NCBI RefSeq assembly: GCF_006345805.1
Contig: NC_043018.1
Span: 15,190,001-15,254,000 of the forward strand
DNA: 64,000 nt
Source of the DNA: Octopus sinensis
Taxonomy: Eukaryota
Reading direction: 5' to 3'
The translations under genes and the position numbers were made by a program. This document shows positions 39,354 through 51,110 of the stretch, piece after piece (the first letter of the stretch is position 1; each line of letters starts with the position of its first letter). The notes under the pieces were generated by a model. That model searched no databases and was not told the DNA's origin. It saw only the letters and a list, made by a program, of their open reading frames with translations.

Positions 39354-39870
39354 TGCATGTGTGTATGTATGTATGTGTGTATGTGTGTATGTATGTATGT
39401 ATGCATGTGTGTATGTATGTATGTGTGTATGTGTGTATGTATGTATGTATGTATGTATGTATGTGTGTATGTGTGTATGTATGTATGTATGTATGTATGT
39501 ATGTATGCATGTGTGTATGTATGTATGTGTGTATGTGTGTATGTATGTATGTATGTATGTATGTGTGTATGTGTGTATGTGTATGTATGTATGTATGTAT
39601 GTATGTATGCATGTGTGTATGTATGTATGTGTGTATGTGTGTATGTATGTATGTATGTATGTATGTATGTGTGTATGTGTGTATGGTATGTATGTATGAT
39701 GTGTGTATGTATGTATGTGGTATGTATGTATGTATGTATGTATGTATGTATGTATGTATGTATGTATGTATGTATGTATGTGTGTATGTGTGTATGTATG
39801 TATGTATGTATGTATGTGTGTATGTGTGTATGTATGTATGCATGCATGCATGTATGTGTATGTGTATGTG
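38880..39870. repeat. ~1-kb (TATG)n/(TG)n microsatellite
   Basis: Directly visible. Confidence 0.95.
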
Positions 39871-40261
39871 TGTGTGTATGTGCGTAAGCTATGGCCAACT
39901 CCACCTGGTGGCTCACTTCTACATGAAAGTTTATAAGGAATAATAACCTCAAGAATCAAAAATATAAATCTGTTAACATGGAGGACTTTCAGCATCGGTC
40001 GACTCGCTTTCTTTTCTCTCTCCATTTTCTGCTTCTCATACGAAGCGTCACCTCAACTTGCAAATCTAGGAGTTAAGAATTTGTGATTCGAAGTTCGTTC
40101 CCACTGTTCAGCACTTACACCCAATATTTTTTTTCTATGAAGTATCTGGTTGACAAAATGTGGTTTACTGAAAATGTCTGGAAGTCCGTCTCTCTCTCTC
40201 TCTCTCACACACACACACCACACACACAGACACACACACGCACACACACACTCACACACAC

Positions 40262-40299
<38 letters not shown>

Positions 40300-40303
40300 C
40301 GCG

Positions 40304-40349
<46 letters not shown>

Positions 40350-40680
40350 CGGAAAACATGGCTGTGTGTGATAACAAGTTTGTTTCCCAACCACATGGTG
40401 CCGGGTTCAGTCCCACTGCGTGACACGTTGGCTAACTGTCTTCTACTCTAGCTCCGGGTCGACCAAAATCTCGTGAGTGGATTTAGTAGACGGAAACTGA
40501 AAGAAATCCGTCGCGCGCGTGTGTGTGTGTGTGTGTGTGTGGTGTGTGTGTGTGTGTGTGCGTGCTGGGTGTGTGTCATTGTTTGTCCCCCACCACTGCT
40601 TAACGACTGGTGTTGGTGTGTTTACGTCCCCCTAACCTAGCAGTTCAGAAAAAGTTAGCAATAGAACAAGCACGAGGCTA
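40350..40680 (+). mobile_element. Diverged SINE-A, partial
   Basis: ggctgtgtgtgataac...ccgggttcagtcccactgcgtg...ggaaactgaaag. Confidence 0.7.
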
Positions 40681-41260
40681 CCCAATGTTTTCGTACTTTA
40701 ACAAACAACTGATCAAAAACGATATTGAAAGTCGCGCATCTGAATTTTTTCTTTTGCAGAAAGGACAACTTTCTCTGAAGTTGAACCTCGATTCGCTTCT
40801 TTGGTCATTTGTCGTTCCTTCATCGTCTATATTTCCATTCATGTTCCTGGCATCCAGTTCCAATTCTTCATACTTATCCCGTTGTGATTTCAGAAAGTTT
40901 TCCAAGCAATCAGTTAAACACATCACTTTATGCAGAACAACTTCAGCTCCTTGAAAAAGGTTTATTTTTCACTGTTAAACCGTACAAGAATTAAATCCCA
41001 GAAGTTAGCCGTTAGAACAGTTTCAAAATAGTCCGTTTTGTTTGCTAATGTCCGAGCTTCATATCTTGCTTGGGTTGTGTGTTCTAAATCATCTTCAATA
41101 TCTCTGAGAGCATTTTGAATGCAGTTATATTGATCAAGGAGCGCTTCAGTATCATACGCTCTTGTTGAGAAATGAAGTTCTGACAGGGACTTCAAGGGTA
41201 GTTCTCTTATCTCCTGCCAAAGATTTCAATAAATTTACCCATTTGAGTGTCAACGCAGAA
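40680..41260 (-). pseudogene. hAT-superfamily transposase fragment (ZMYM1-like C-terminal region)
   Basis: LSELHFSTRAYDTEAL...ARYEARTLANKTDYFETVLTANFWDLILVRFN and LENFLKSQRDKYEELE. Confidence 0.6.
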
Positions 41261-41294
41261 AAAAAAAGTGTATACATCTTTTATGAAGCTAAAA

Positions 41295-41700
41295 TAGTGG
41301 CTCTGTGGTAAGTAGCTTGCTTACGAACCACATGGTTCCGGGTTCAGTCCCACTGCGTAGCACCTTGGGCAAGTGTCTTTTACTATAGCCTCGGGCTGAC
41401 CAAAGCCTTGTGATTGGATTTGGTAGATGGAAACTGAAAGAAGCCCGTCGTATAAATGTAAATGTGTGTGTGTGTGTGTGTATGTTTGTGTGTCTGTGTT
41501 TGTCCCCCCAACATCGCTTGACAACCGATGCTGGTGTGTTTACGTCCCCGTAACTTAGCTGTTCGGCAAAACAGACCGATAGAATAAGTACTAGGCTTAC
41601 AAAGAATCAGTCCTGGGGTCGATTTGCTCGACTAAAAAGCGGTGCTCCAGCATGGCTACAGTCACATGACTGAAACAAGTAAAAGAGTAAAAAAGAGTAT
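41295..41700 (+). mobile_element. SINE family A
   Basis: All diagnostic blocks present. Confidence 0.9.
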
Positions 41701-42693
41701 TTCAAAATTTTAATTTCCCCACCCAGTTTTCTTCAAATTTTCACGTTTTTTAGAAATCTTTTTTGCGAAATACGTAGAAAAATACGGAGATTATGATACT
41801 GAAAAAAGAAAAAGCAATTTTGTAAAATTTCAATTTTTCAAAAAAAAAATAATAATAATAATAATAATCGCCCCTCCACTCCGCCCTTTGACAAGAAGTG
41901 AAATTAAAGTGTTATCTCTACTAATGTTTCACGCATGCATGGAATTATAAAATAGCAGACGCAAAAAGTATCTAAAGTGAAAACCTGGAATGTTAGAAAC
42001 ACGTTTTCAAAATTTTAATACGAGTTACCAAAGTAGAAAAAAGTTCAAAATTTAAACCCGCCCCAACAAGCTAGAAACAACAGCCAAACCAGGGATCAAC
42101 TTTTCTAGATACGAATTACCAAAGTAGAAAAATTTCAAAACTTAAATCCCTACCCACAATTTCTTCATTTTTCACTTATTTTAGAAGTATTTTTTTGGCG
42201 AAAAAGTAGAAAAGTACGGAGATTATGATTCTAAAAAAAACTGTTTGTAAAATTTTAATTTTTCAAAAGAAAAAAAACCCACCCCTCCTTTCCACCCTAT
42301 GACAGAAAGTGAAATTTCCCCCACCCGCTTTTTTTTTCTTTGCCAGAGGGGCAGTGAATGAAAACTTGTTTTGGGGGTTTCAAAATCTTCAGTTTTTTTA
42401 AAGTCCGCCCCCAACCGGATATCTGACAAGCTAGAAACAACAGCCAAACTGTGGATAAACTTTCTAATTTACGAATTACCAAAACAGAAAAAAAAATTTT
42501 TTTAATGTCATTTTGTGTGTGTGTGTGTGTGTGTGTATGTGTGTGCAAAAACTCTAAGTCTTACATACCTCTCTTAATTCGAAAAGACCCTCAACCAACA
42601 ACAACATGTTGGGTTTTATGTTCATCATGAAACATTAGTAGAGAAAACACTTTAATCTCACTAATTGTCATAGGGTGGAGGGGATGGAGGTGT

Positions 42694-42724
<31 letters not shown>

Positions 42725-42892
42725 TTATTTATTATTATTTTTGTTAAATTAAAATTTTACTAATTATTTTTTTTTTCAGAATCATCATAATCTCCGTATT
42801 TTTCTACGTATTCCGTCAAAAAAAAAAAAAAAAAATAATTTTAAGTGAAAATTTAAGAAATTGGGGTAGGGGGGGGAATTAAAATTTTGATT
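41701..42892. repeat. Modular AT-rich repeat with direct and inverted diverged subunits
   Basis: Module tacggagattatgat at about 41780 and 42215 (plus) and 42790 (minus); module tacgarttaccaaa three times; caagctagaaacaacagccaaac twice. Confidence 0.6.
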
Positions 42893-42993
42893 TATTTTTT
42901 ATTATTTTTTTTTTTGCAGTTTCGGAATCTCCACCATCGATATGTTCCCGTAAAAAATCCCAAAAGGTGTGCGGTCCATGATCTTTATCTCCG

Positions 42994-43033
<40 letters not shown>

Positions 43034-43130
43034 TACTAGGCTTAAAAGAATAAGTTCTGGGGTCGATTTGTTCGACTAACGGCGGTGCTCCAGTATGACT
43101 GCAGTCAAATGACAGAGACAAGTAATATAC

Positions 43131-43163
<33 letters not shown>

Positions 43164-43212
43164 ACTTACATGGAAGAGGATGCGTGGCGTTCGATCATAT
43201 AATAGCAAAATC

Positions 43213-43251
<39 letters not shown>

Positions 43252-43727
43252 CGACAGGCTTCTTACAGTTTCTGTCTATCAAACCCAATCACAAGGCTTT
43301 GGTCGGCCCGACTAAAACTTCGCTCGCTACGTCGCAAAGAGAAATTTGAAAGTTACGATTCCTTTATTTCTAAACAAGATATTCGATCGAACTGAAGAAT
43401 AATTTCGAGATAAGATATTTCAATTTTGGAAGAGAGCTGTAAAAAAACAAAAGGAAAAAATCCAACGAAATATTGAAGAAACAAATTAATTGGTTGGAGA
43501 AATACCCGCAAAAGTATGGGAAGGACTTTATGAAAACTACGATAAATGACAATGCAAAACAAAACATCCTAGGAATAATTCTCCAACGGAACTTGCAACC
43601 GATGGAAGGGAAACAACTCTCACGGACTTACCGAGAAAGTACATCGATGTTACAAGAAAACCCAGCCGAAATAAAATAAATAAATAAATTAATTAATTAA
43701 TTAATTAATTAATTAATTAATTAATTA

Positions 43728-43767
<40 letters not shown>

Positions 43768-43770
<3 letters not shown>

Positions 43771-44324
43771 GCCCTGATGCAGTACCAGGCAGTGGCTCTC
43801 ATGGATTCTGATCTTAACTGGTTGGAAGTGTTATCATGTACATTGTTTTGTCTTGGTATAAAAGATGGGCTACAGCAAATATTCTGCTCAATACCACAGA
43901 TTTGCTTGTCAGTTGTTTGACCTTAACCAGTTGAGCATGTCCCTTAGTGGCTGACGATATGTGCATCTCTGATCACGAGCAGAAGTAGTGGGGGAGCATC
44001 ATTGCCGTGTGTTGAGAGGGATTCTTTGGGGTTTGAAGAATTCACCTCTGGAAACATGGGTGTTTCGTTCAACATCCTTAAACAACCCTTACTCAGGGAC
44101 CTTTTGAGCGGGATGGGTTACTCGACCAGAAGAAAATTCTAACTGGGTCCCACCTACAAGGTCATGTGCTGTTTATCTTGATATGAGATCACCATGTCGC
44201 GCACACATGGTTGTGATGCATGTGCCTAGTGTACCCTTATCAGACGGGTAGTCATGATGGGTATATTGGGCTTCGTATAGTTTACCCCAGTGTCACTTTG
44301 ATGGCATGCACTGCTCTCTCACTC
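43768..44324 (+). mobile_element. Element D: ~557-bp non-coding element in (TAA)n, full copy 1
   Basis: (aat)n-aaatgccctgatgcagtacc...ctgctctctcactc-(aat)n; four other copies in the window. Confidence 0.85.
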
Positions 44325-44356
<32 letters not shown>

Positions 44357-44367
44357 TAATAATAATA

Positions 44368-44926
44368 AATGCCCTGATGCAGTACCAGGCAGTGGCTCTC
44401 ATGGCTTCTGATCTTAACTGGCTGGAAGTGTTATCATGTACATTGTTTTGTCTTGACATAAAAGATGGACCACAGCAAATATTCTGCTCAATACTACAGA
44501 TTTGCTTGTCAGTGTTGTTTGACCTTAACCAGTTGAACATGTCCCTTAGTGGCTGACGCTATGTGCATCTCTGATCACAAGTAGAATTAGTGGGGGAGCA
44601 TCATTGCCGTGTGTTGAGAGGGATTCTTTGGGGTTTGAAGAATTCACCTCTGGAAGCATGGGTGTTTCGTTCAACATCTTTAAACAACCCTTATTCAGAG
44701 ACCTTTTGAGCGGGATGAGTTACTTGACCTGAAGAAAATTCTAACTGGGCCCCACCTGCAAGGCCATGTGTTGTTTATCTTGATATGAGATCACTATGTC
44801 GCGCACATATTAATGTGATGCATGTGCCTGGTGTACCCTTATCAGACGGGTAGTCATGATGGGTATACTGGGCTTCGTATATTTTACCCCAGTGTCACTT
44901 TGATGGCATGCCCTGCTCTCTCACTC
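44368..44926 (+). mobile_element. Element D, full copy 2 (tandem, diverged from copy 1)
   Basis: Same termini, separated from copy 1 by (aat)n. Confidence 0.85.
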
Positions 44927-44972
<46 letters not shown>

Positions 44973-45169
44973 CCAAACTAACACGCAAAGATAAAAATGA
45001 CCATTGAGAAATCGGAGAAAGTTATTCTCTAAACTAAAAAATAGATGACACCCAACAAAACTGTCAAAGACTCAAAAACTGCCCCACCCATCCAGGATCA
45101 AAATATTATAATAATGATAACAATAGCTCACAAAAAAGAAGAAACCTTTTTTTTAGGGCATACGAACAC

Positions 45170-45467
45170 AGTAGAGAAACAGAAGAGAAACCTAAGGATT
45201 ATTCCAAGGATAGCTATCACCTCAAAAGATCTCCCTTCTCAGTTGAAGCGACTGCAGTTTCCTGTCAAACTTAGCTTCGTAATGTCTATCAGCAAAGCAC
45301 AAGGTCAATCTCTGAAGGTGGTGGGACTTAACCTCCTTCAACCTTGCTTCTCACATGGCCAGCTGTATGCTGGATGTTCGAGAGGTGGAGATGAAAAGAA
45401 CCGCTACATTCTCAGTGATAAACATGGCAAGACGGAAAACACAGTTAATGAAGAAGCGCTTACATGA
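45170..45467 (+). pseudogene. Helitron PIF1-family helicase C-terminal fragment
   Basis: KRLQFPVKLSFVMSISKAQGQSLKVVGLNLLQPCFSHGQLYAGCSR. Confidence 0.9.
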
Positions 45468-45524
45468 ATAGTCGGTCCATGTCAGAGACAGAAGTGTAAA
45501 AACCATTGAGTGTTGCAAACATTT

Positions 45525-45746
45525 CATTTTTATTCTTTTAATTGTTTCAATCATTTGACTGCGGTCATGCTGGAGCATCACATATTAGTCGAGCAAATCG
45601 ACCCCTGGACTTATTCTTTGTAAGCCTAGTACTTATTCTATTGGTCTCTTTTTGCCGAACCGATAAGTTACGGGGACATAAACATACCAGCATCGGATGT
45701 CAAGCGATGTTGAGAGGGGAGGACAAACACACACACACAACACACG

Positions 45747-45814
<68 letters not shown>

Positions 45815-45955
45815 CATATGTACGATGGGCTTCTTTCAGTTCCTGTCTACTAAATCCACTCACAAGGCTTTGGTCGGCCCGAGGCTATAGTAAAAGACAC
45901 TCACCCAAGGTGACACTGAACCTGGAACCATGTGATTGGTAAGCAAGCTACTTTA
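45525..45955 (-). mobile_element. SINE-A variant
   Basis: Diagnostic blocks present, head partly deleted. Confidence 0.85.
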
Positions 45956-46610
45956 TTTCATAAAATTTGCCATGAAGGCATTACAAAGAGGGGGCGAACG
46001 AAGACAGACAAACATAAAAAGGTGAAGTAGCTGCTAATCGATTAAAAATTTATGATGACAAATTGATACAATTAAAAATTCCAAATTCCAAATTACAATT
46101 TTACAGACATGATATTCATTGCGACTTGCAATGGATTCCCTGAAGGAAAGGCATCCGACCATCAGAATAGAACCCTTGCTTTCTTTCGCGTTCCACTTAC
46201 CTGGTGCCAATCGCTCCCAGCTTTCTTGCCACAGGCTTCCATCGTTTCTCGAATCTTTCTCGTAACAGGTGCCTCTTCTCCAGCCTGATCTTACTGCTGA
46301 GGTGGTAACTAAACGATTAACCAACCCCTGGCCAGATACAAAGGTACCCGTCACTATGCCTCTCATACGCGTCTTCCATACCGTTTCTTTCAGTGTGGCT
46401 ACTACGCAGAAAAAGCAAGCCTTCCTCTCCCTGTTAAGGAAAGGAGGCGGCACAATCTCGATGGCAGACTCAGCCGATAGCTGTATTCTTCCCATCAATG
46501 ACAACAGTTGTTCTGTGAAAACTATCAGTCTCGTTAATTCCGGACATTCCACAAATGCATGCAAGACGGTTTCGAGCTCAGACCATGCACATTCAAACAC
46601 TCAAGGTTAA
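45955..46610 (-). pseudogene. 3' end of a Tx1/L1-clade LINE (ORF2 zinc-binding C-terminus plus 3'UTR)
   Basis: ETVLHAFVECP motif and FFCVVATLKETVWKTR; related 3'UTR copy at 47893-48660. Confidence 0.75.
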
Positions 46611-46840
46611 GTGTTACCATTAAAACAAGGGGAAAAATGCAAGGGTTCTACTTCCCTTTAACTTGGGTTCTACTTACCCTTAAAATTTTGGGGCTGACCT
46701 CACAACACCTTCCTCCTTCCTTCTTTCAAAAAGGTCGGAGAGTTTTTCCGTTGGTAACACAACGTTTTCAGTCGCCACCGCGGCAACTGCCGAAAATTTC
46801 TTTACTGGCACATCCAGTGGACCTTTTTTCGTGAATTATT

Positions 46841-47135
46841 GATTTTTTTTATTATCCACAAGGTACTATACATAGATGGGACAATACAAATAATACAAAC
46901 ATAAACTCGGGGAACTTAAAATACAAAAAGGGGATGAATTAAGACGAAGAAATTAAAGAAATCGAATGAAATATGAAAAGATATAATAATGAAGCGCAAT
47001 GCCCACTCGACCCCCGAAGTCGAGTGGTTACATTTCGATAGTTTTTTTTGCCTTTTTTCATAAATGAATTTCAAAAATAATGCATTTTTCCTTTCAGTTT
47101 CTCATATTCTATTATGGGAGGTGGGTATTCCAGTA
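46841..47135 (-). mobile_element. 295-bp insertion with a 20-bp TSD and short A-tail, probably a retroposed 3'UTR
   Basis: accttttttcgtgaattatt at 46821-46840 and 47136-47155. Confidence 0.7.
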
Positions 47136-47647
47136 ACCTTTTTTCGTGAATTATTTCGACCGACATACTCAGCCGAAATTAATTTTACACACAAAAATAA
47201 ATAAATTAGAAATCCCCCAAAAAGGGAAACCTATAATATGTTTTTTTTTTCCTTCTAAATGAGGACAACAGTTCAAATCCCACACCGACTGGGGGCGGAG
47301 CGCAGCAATAAAGCCCACAACAGCTTTGATAAGTTCAATTTTCAAAAAACAGCAAATAACAACTGCCAAAATGGTTCAACACAAACAATTCCTGTTTCCC
47401 AGCACCGAGAAACAGTACCAAAAAATGGTCAAAGTTCAACAATGTTCAACAACGGTAAAAGACCCCCTTCGGTCATGAATGACCATGGGATTGCACCTAG
47501 AAAGTTAACCTCCCAGGCACAAGTCCGGGCAAGGTTGTTTATGGAAGACCAGCAGTCGCCCATGCATACCAGCCTCCCTTTCTCCACGCCACCAGTGTTA
47601 TCCAAGGGAAAGACAAAGGTCGATACAGCTTGGCACCAGTGACGTCG

Positions 47648-47795
47648 CAACTCATTTCTACAGCTGAGTGAACTGGAACAACGTGAAACAAAGTGTCTTG
47701 CTCAAGAACACAACACGCAGCCCGGTCCGGGATTCGAGCTCACAACCTCACGATCGTAAGCTCGACGCTCTAACAACTGAGCCATGCGCCTTCAC
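47648..47795 (-). mobile_element. SINE family F 5' part
   Basis: Minus-strand tggctcagttgttagagcgtcgagcttacgatcgtgaggttgtgagctcgaatccc, then ttgagcaagacactt. Confidence 0.75.
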
Positions 47796-47892
47796 GGTAC
47801 ACAGTTGATAAATCCAACAAAAAACAATCAAAGCTCCACCAAAACGTTCGACTCATCGATAAACAGAAACGCGTCTAACAAAGAGACAGGTA

Positions 47893-48660
47893 AGCAAGCT
47901 GCTTTATTTCATAAAATTTGGAGGTATTAGGGGACGAACAAAGACAGACAAACATAAAATGGTGTAGTGGCTGCTATAACGTTTAAAAATGTATGATGAT
48001 AAATTTATGATACAGGAGTGGCTGTGTGGTAAATAGCTTGTTTACCAACCACACGGTTCCGGGTTCAGTCCCACTGCGTGGCACCTTGGGTAAGTGTCTT
48101 CCACTATAGCCTCGGGCCGACCAAAGCCTTGTGAGTAGATTTGGTAGACGGAAACTGAAAAGAAGCCCGTCGTATATATGTATATATATGCATGTGTGTT
48201 TGTGTGTCTGTGTTTGTCCCCCTAGCATTGCTTGACAACCGATGCTGGTGTGTTTATGTCCCCGTTACTAAGCGGTTCGGCAAAAGAGACCGATAGAATA
48301 AGTATTGGGCTTACAAAAGAATAAGTCCTGGGGTTGAGTTGCTCGATTAAAGGCGGTGCTCCTGCATGGCCGCAGTCAAATGACTGAAACAAGTAAAAGA
48401 GTAAAAGAGTAATTAAAAATTACAATTTACAAATTACTAATTACCAATTACACGATAACATGCTACTCATTGCGATTTGCAATGACGTCCCTGAAGGAAA
48501 GGCATACGACCACCAGAGTCGAACCCTTGCTTTCTCTTTCCTTTTCTTTTTTTTTTTTTTTGGACTCCATTTACCTGGTGCCAATCGCTCCCGGCTTCCT
48601 TGCCACAGGCTTCCATCTTTTCATGAATCTGTCTCGTAACAAGGTATCTCTTCTTCTGCA
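47893..48660 (-). mobile_element. Second Tx1/L1-like 3' end, split by a SINE-A
   Basis: Collinear with 45955-46280 on both sides of the SINE. Confidence 0.75.
48013..48412 (+). mobile_element. SINE family A, full length
   Basis: All diagnostic blocks present. Confidence 0.9.
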
Positions 48661-48989
48661 TCTATTTTCTTTCCTCCACCTCGCTCTCAATTTTATATCA
48701 CATCTAAAACTAACTATGACTTAACTATCCTCTCGATGAACGGATGTAATCAATTAATATCCTAGAAACAGCTGTAAGACCTTCTATCTATAAATGCTTT
48801 AATATCCATACAGCCTTGGTTTTTTTTATCTTATTACGTAAAAGGTTCTTATATACACACGCTGATATAGAACCAACGTTGAACCCTTCATTCGCAATAT
48901 TACCAAATCTGGAACTTAACTATGGTCTGTCTATAGCACTTATTCAGCATTACCTGACACTTTTGGGTCTCAATGACACCATTATCTCT

Positions 48990-49135
48990 TATATATCTCT
49001 CTTATCCGCTCAGTCGAAGTCCACTTTCGGTTACTCGTTGGATCAGTGTCCTCCAGTCAGTTCTATCCTGGGCCGCTTCTTTCAGGTTGGCTATGTCCAT
49101 TCCGGTATCACTCTTGATGGTGTCAAGCCAGCGGG
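48990..49135 (-). pseudogene. RTE (BovB-like) LINE extreme 3' end
   Basis: RWLDTIKSDTGMDIANLKEAAQDRTDWRTLIQRVTESGLRLSG*. Confidence 0.75.
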
Positions 49136-49156
49136 TTCTTATATATATATATATAT

Positions 49157-49656
49157 ATAATAGTTATCGCCATACTAATATGGCATTCTTATAAAAATAA
49201 GAAAAAAGCTGTCCGCTTATTAGCTCCATGAGGCCATCGCCTTAAGTTAGCTATTTGATACACAAACTGTATCCATATAACCTTCGAACAAGGGAGGTCA
49301 GTCGCTCCACACTACTTGACCGGCAGCTACAGACGCGTTTCGGGGTATTGCCCCTTTTCAATGCAGCATAGCCAGCCAGTAGGTGTCGCTTCCGACAATC
49401 TCTGTTCGATGGTTTTATTTACCTAGTTTCGGTGGAATACATCCACTTGTTTTCAATAATAGAAATATTAAAATAACTAAGTCTCTCTAAAAGAGAACAG
49501 CGGCAGCCTTCCCGGAAAATAATAGTTATCGCCATACTAATATGGCATTCTTATAAAATTTTTATAAGAATGCCATATTAGTATGGCGATAACTATTATT
49601 TTCCGGGAACGCTGCCGCTGTTCTCTTTTAGAGAGACTTAGTTATTTTAATATTTC

Positions 49657-49662
<6 letters not shown>
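49157..49662 (-). mobile_element. Penelope pLTR / retrozyme-like unit: 362-bp period plus a 103-bp inverted copy
   Basis: 40-bp direct repeat at 49157-49196 and 49519-49558; palindrome 49456-49558 / 49560-49662 with one mismatch; hammerhead on the minus strand. Confidence 0.7.
49326..49367 (-). ncRNA. Minimal type I hammerhead ribozyme with a mutated core
   Basis: Minus strand: gctgca-TTGAAAA-gggg caata cccc-GAAA-cgcg-TC-tgtagc; stems I and II intact, palindromic stem III ACGCGT; core differs from CUGANGA at two positions. Confidence 0.65.
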
Positions 49663-49713
<51 letters not shown>

Positions 49714-49889
49714 CTTTTTATTAAAGTTGCAAAATTATCACAGAACTATTACAAAGAGTTTCACGTTTTCTTTAGTCGGACAGTTGTTGTGATGGATTAA
49801 GATAATTTTGCAGTTTTAATAACAAGTATACTGTACTACCTTTGGTACTGGAGTACCATATCTTCCACCTTGTTTTGCACTTACGAGAT

Positions 49890-50125
49890 AACCTGTGTGC
49901 CATGAACAAAGCACAGGTTTGCGAGTGGTTTCCACGCTTTAGGGATGGTCACTTGTCGCTTGAAGACCAACCTCGTTCAAGACGACCTCCCGGACGAATA
50001 AAAACACCATGAAAATTCCAGAACTGATCTTGGAGGACCGTCACCGAACAACTGATAAATTTGTTGATATCATTGCTGTGTCCTGGATCTCCTGCAAACG
50101 AATTCTGAGCGTGGAATTGCAAATG
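49890..50125 (+). pseudogene. Mariner (Mos1-like) transposase N-terminal fragment
   Basis: AMNKAQVCEWFPRFRDGHLSLEDQPRS...LILEDRHRT. Confidence 0.75.
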
Positions 50126-50455
50126 CAAATAAGTAAACGTACATAAAGGATGTAAATAAATCTAAATAGATTTAAATAAATATGCACCGTGGGTTAGGTC
50201 TCTTGAAGATACCACGTTAAAAACAACGCGTCTGATGTAGTTATCTCATGGGTGGTGTAGAAAAACTATTAATTACCATAATATATCAGACTTGTGGCAC
50301 AATCAGATATTGTCCAACCATACTGGAAATTCACTAAGAACGTTTTTTTATATCTAACCTAAAAATCTACAGGGGTGAGATCTAAAAAAATACGAAATGT
50401 AAAACTCATTCTTATAAAATACATACTTACATACATACATACATACACACTCACA

Positions 50456-50494
<39 letters not shown>

Positions 50495-50497
<3 letters not shown>

Positions 50498-50910
50498 GCC
50501 AATTCTCAACAGGAATGTCAGTTGGACTGCCGCACTTGCGCTTCAAAGACAATCTGGAGCGATGAACCAACCACTTCTTTCTTCCTGGGAAAATAAACCT
50601 CGTCAGAACGCGGGCTCTGGCGCCAGACCTGCTTGCGCCCTTTCCAAAGATTTGAGCAAAGTCGACTCCAGCATCGGGACCAACTTCTTGCAAGCATGAA
50701 ATCATGCTGGCAAAATGCTGCAGTTCTAAATGGAAAGCTTACCTGCCATTATGATTTTGCGGCACGAAGCAAAGCAGGCCTTGGCGTCAATTCAAGAAAG
50801 CACATCGAGCAAACTGAGTCCTCAACTTGTTTCGTTTGCCAAAAGTTTTCAAAGGCACCAAGCAGGCCCCTCAAGAGACACGTTCCTGTCCACAGAACAT
50901 GACTTCCGCT
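50495..50910 (+). pseudogene. RTE-like LINE 3' fragment
   Basis: SVGLPHLRFKDNL, FEQSRLQH, DFAARSKAGLG, C..CQK...LKRH. Confidence 0.6.
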
Positions 50911-50984
50911 TTATTTTACTGAATCCTCATTATACGCTCACGACGGGAGAATCCACCTTATAGACATGTATATATTAGCTTGCT

Positions 50985-51110
50985 TCCCAACCACATGGTT
51001 CCAGGTTCAGTCCCACTTCGTGGCGCCATGGGAGAGTGCCTCGGGTCGACCAAAATCCTTGAGAGTGGATTTAGTAGATGAAAACTGGAAGTTAAAAGAT
51101 GACCGCCGTA
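50985..51110 (+). mobile_element. Diverged SINE-A 5' fragment
   Basis: agcttgcttcccaaccacatggttccaggttcagtccc...gagtggatttagtagatg. Confidence 0.7.

Noticed and set aside
38796-40025. Long ORFs (up to 409 aa) here and at 1727-2178, 7839-8684, 18790-19401 and 29126-30186
   Set aside because: They are translations of microsatellites or octamer arrays that lack stop codons, not proteins
43320-43680. A-rich stretch possibly from a LINE N-terminal region
   Set aside because: No diagnostic motif could be read with confidence
47156-47645. 127-aa plus-strand ORF (47259-47642)
   Set aside because: No motif recognised in any frame; probably a decayed element fragment
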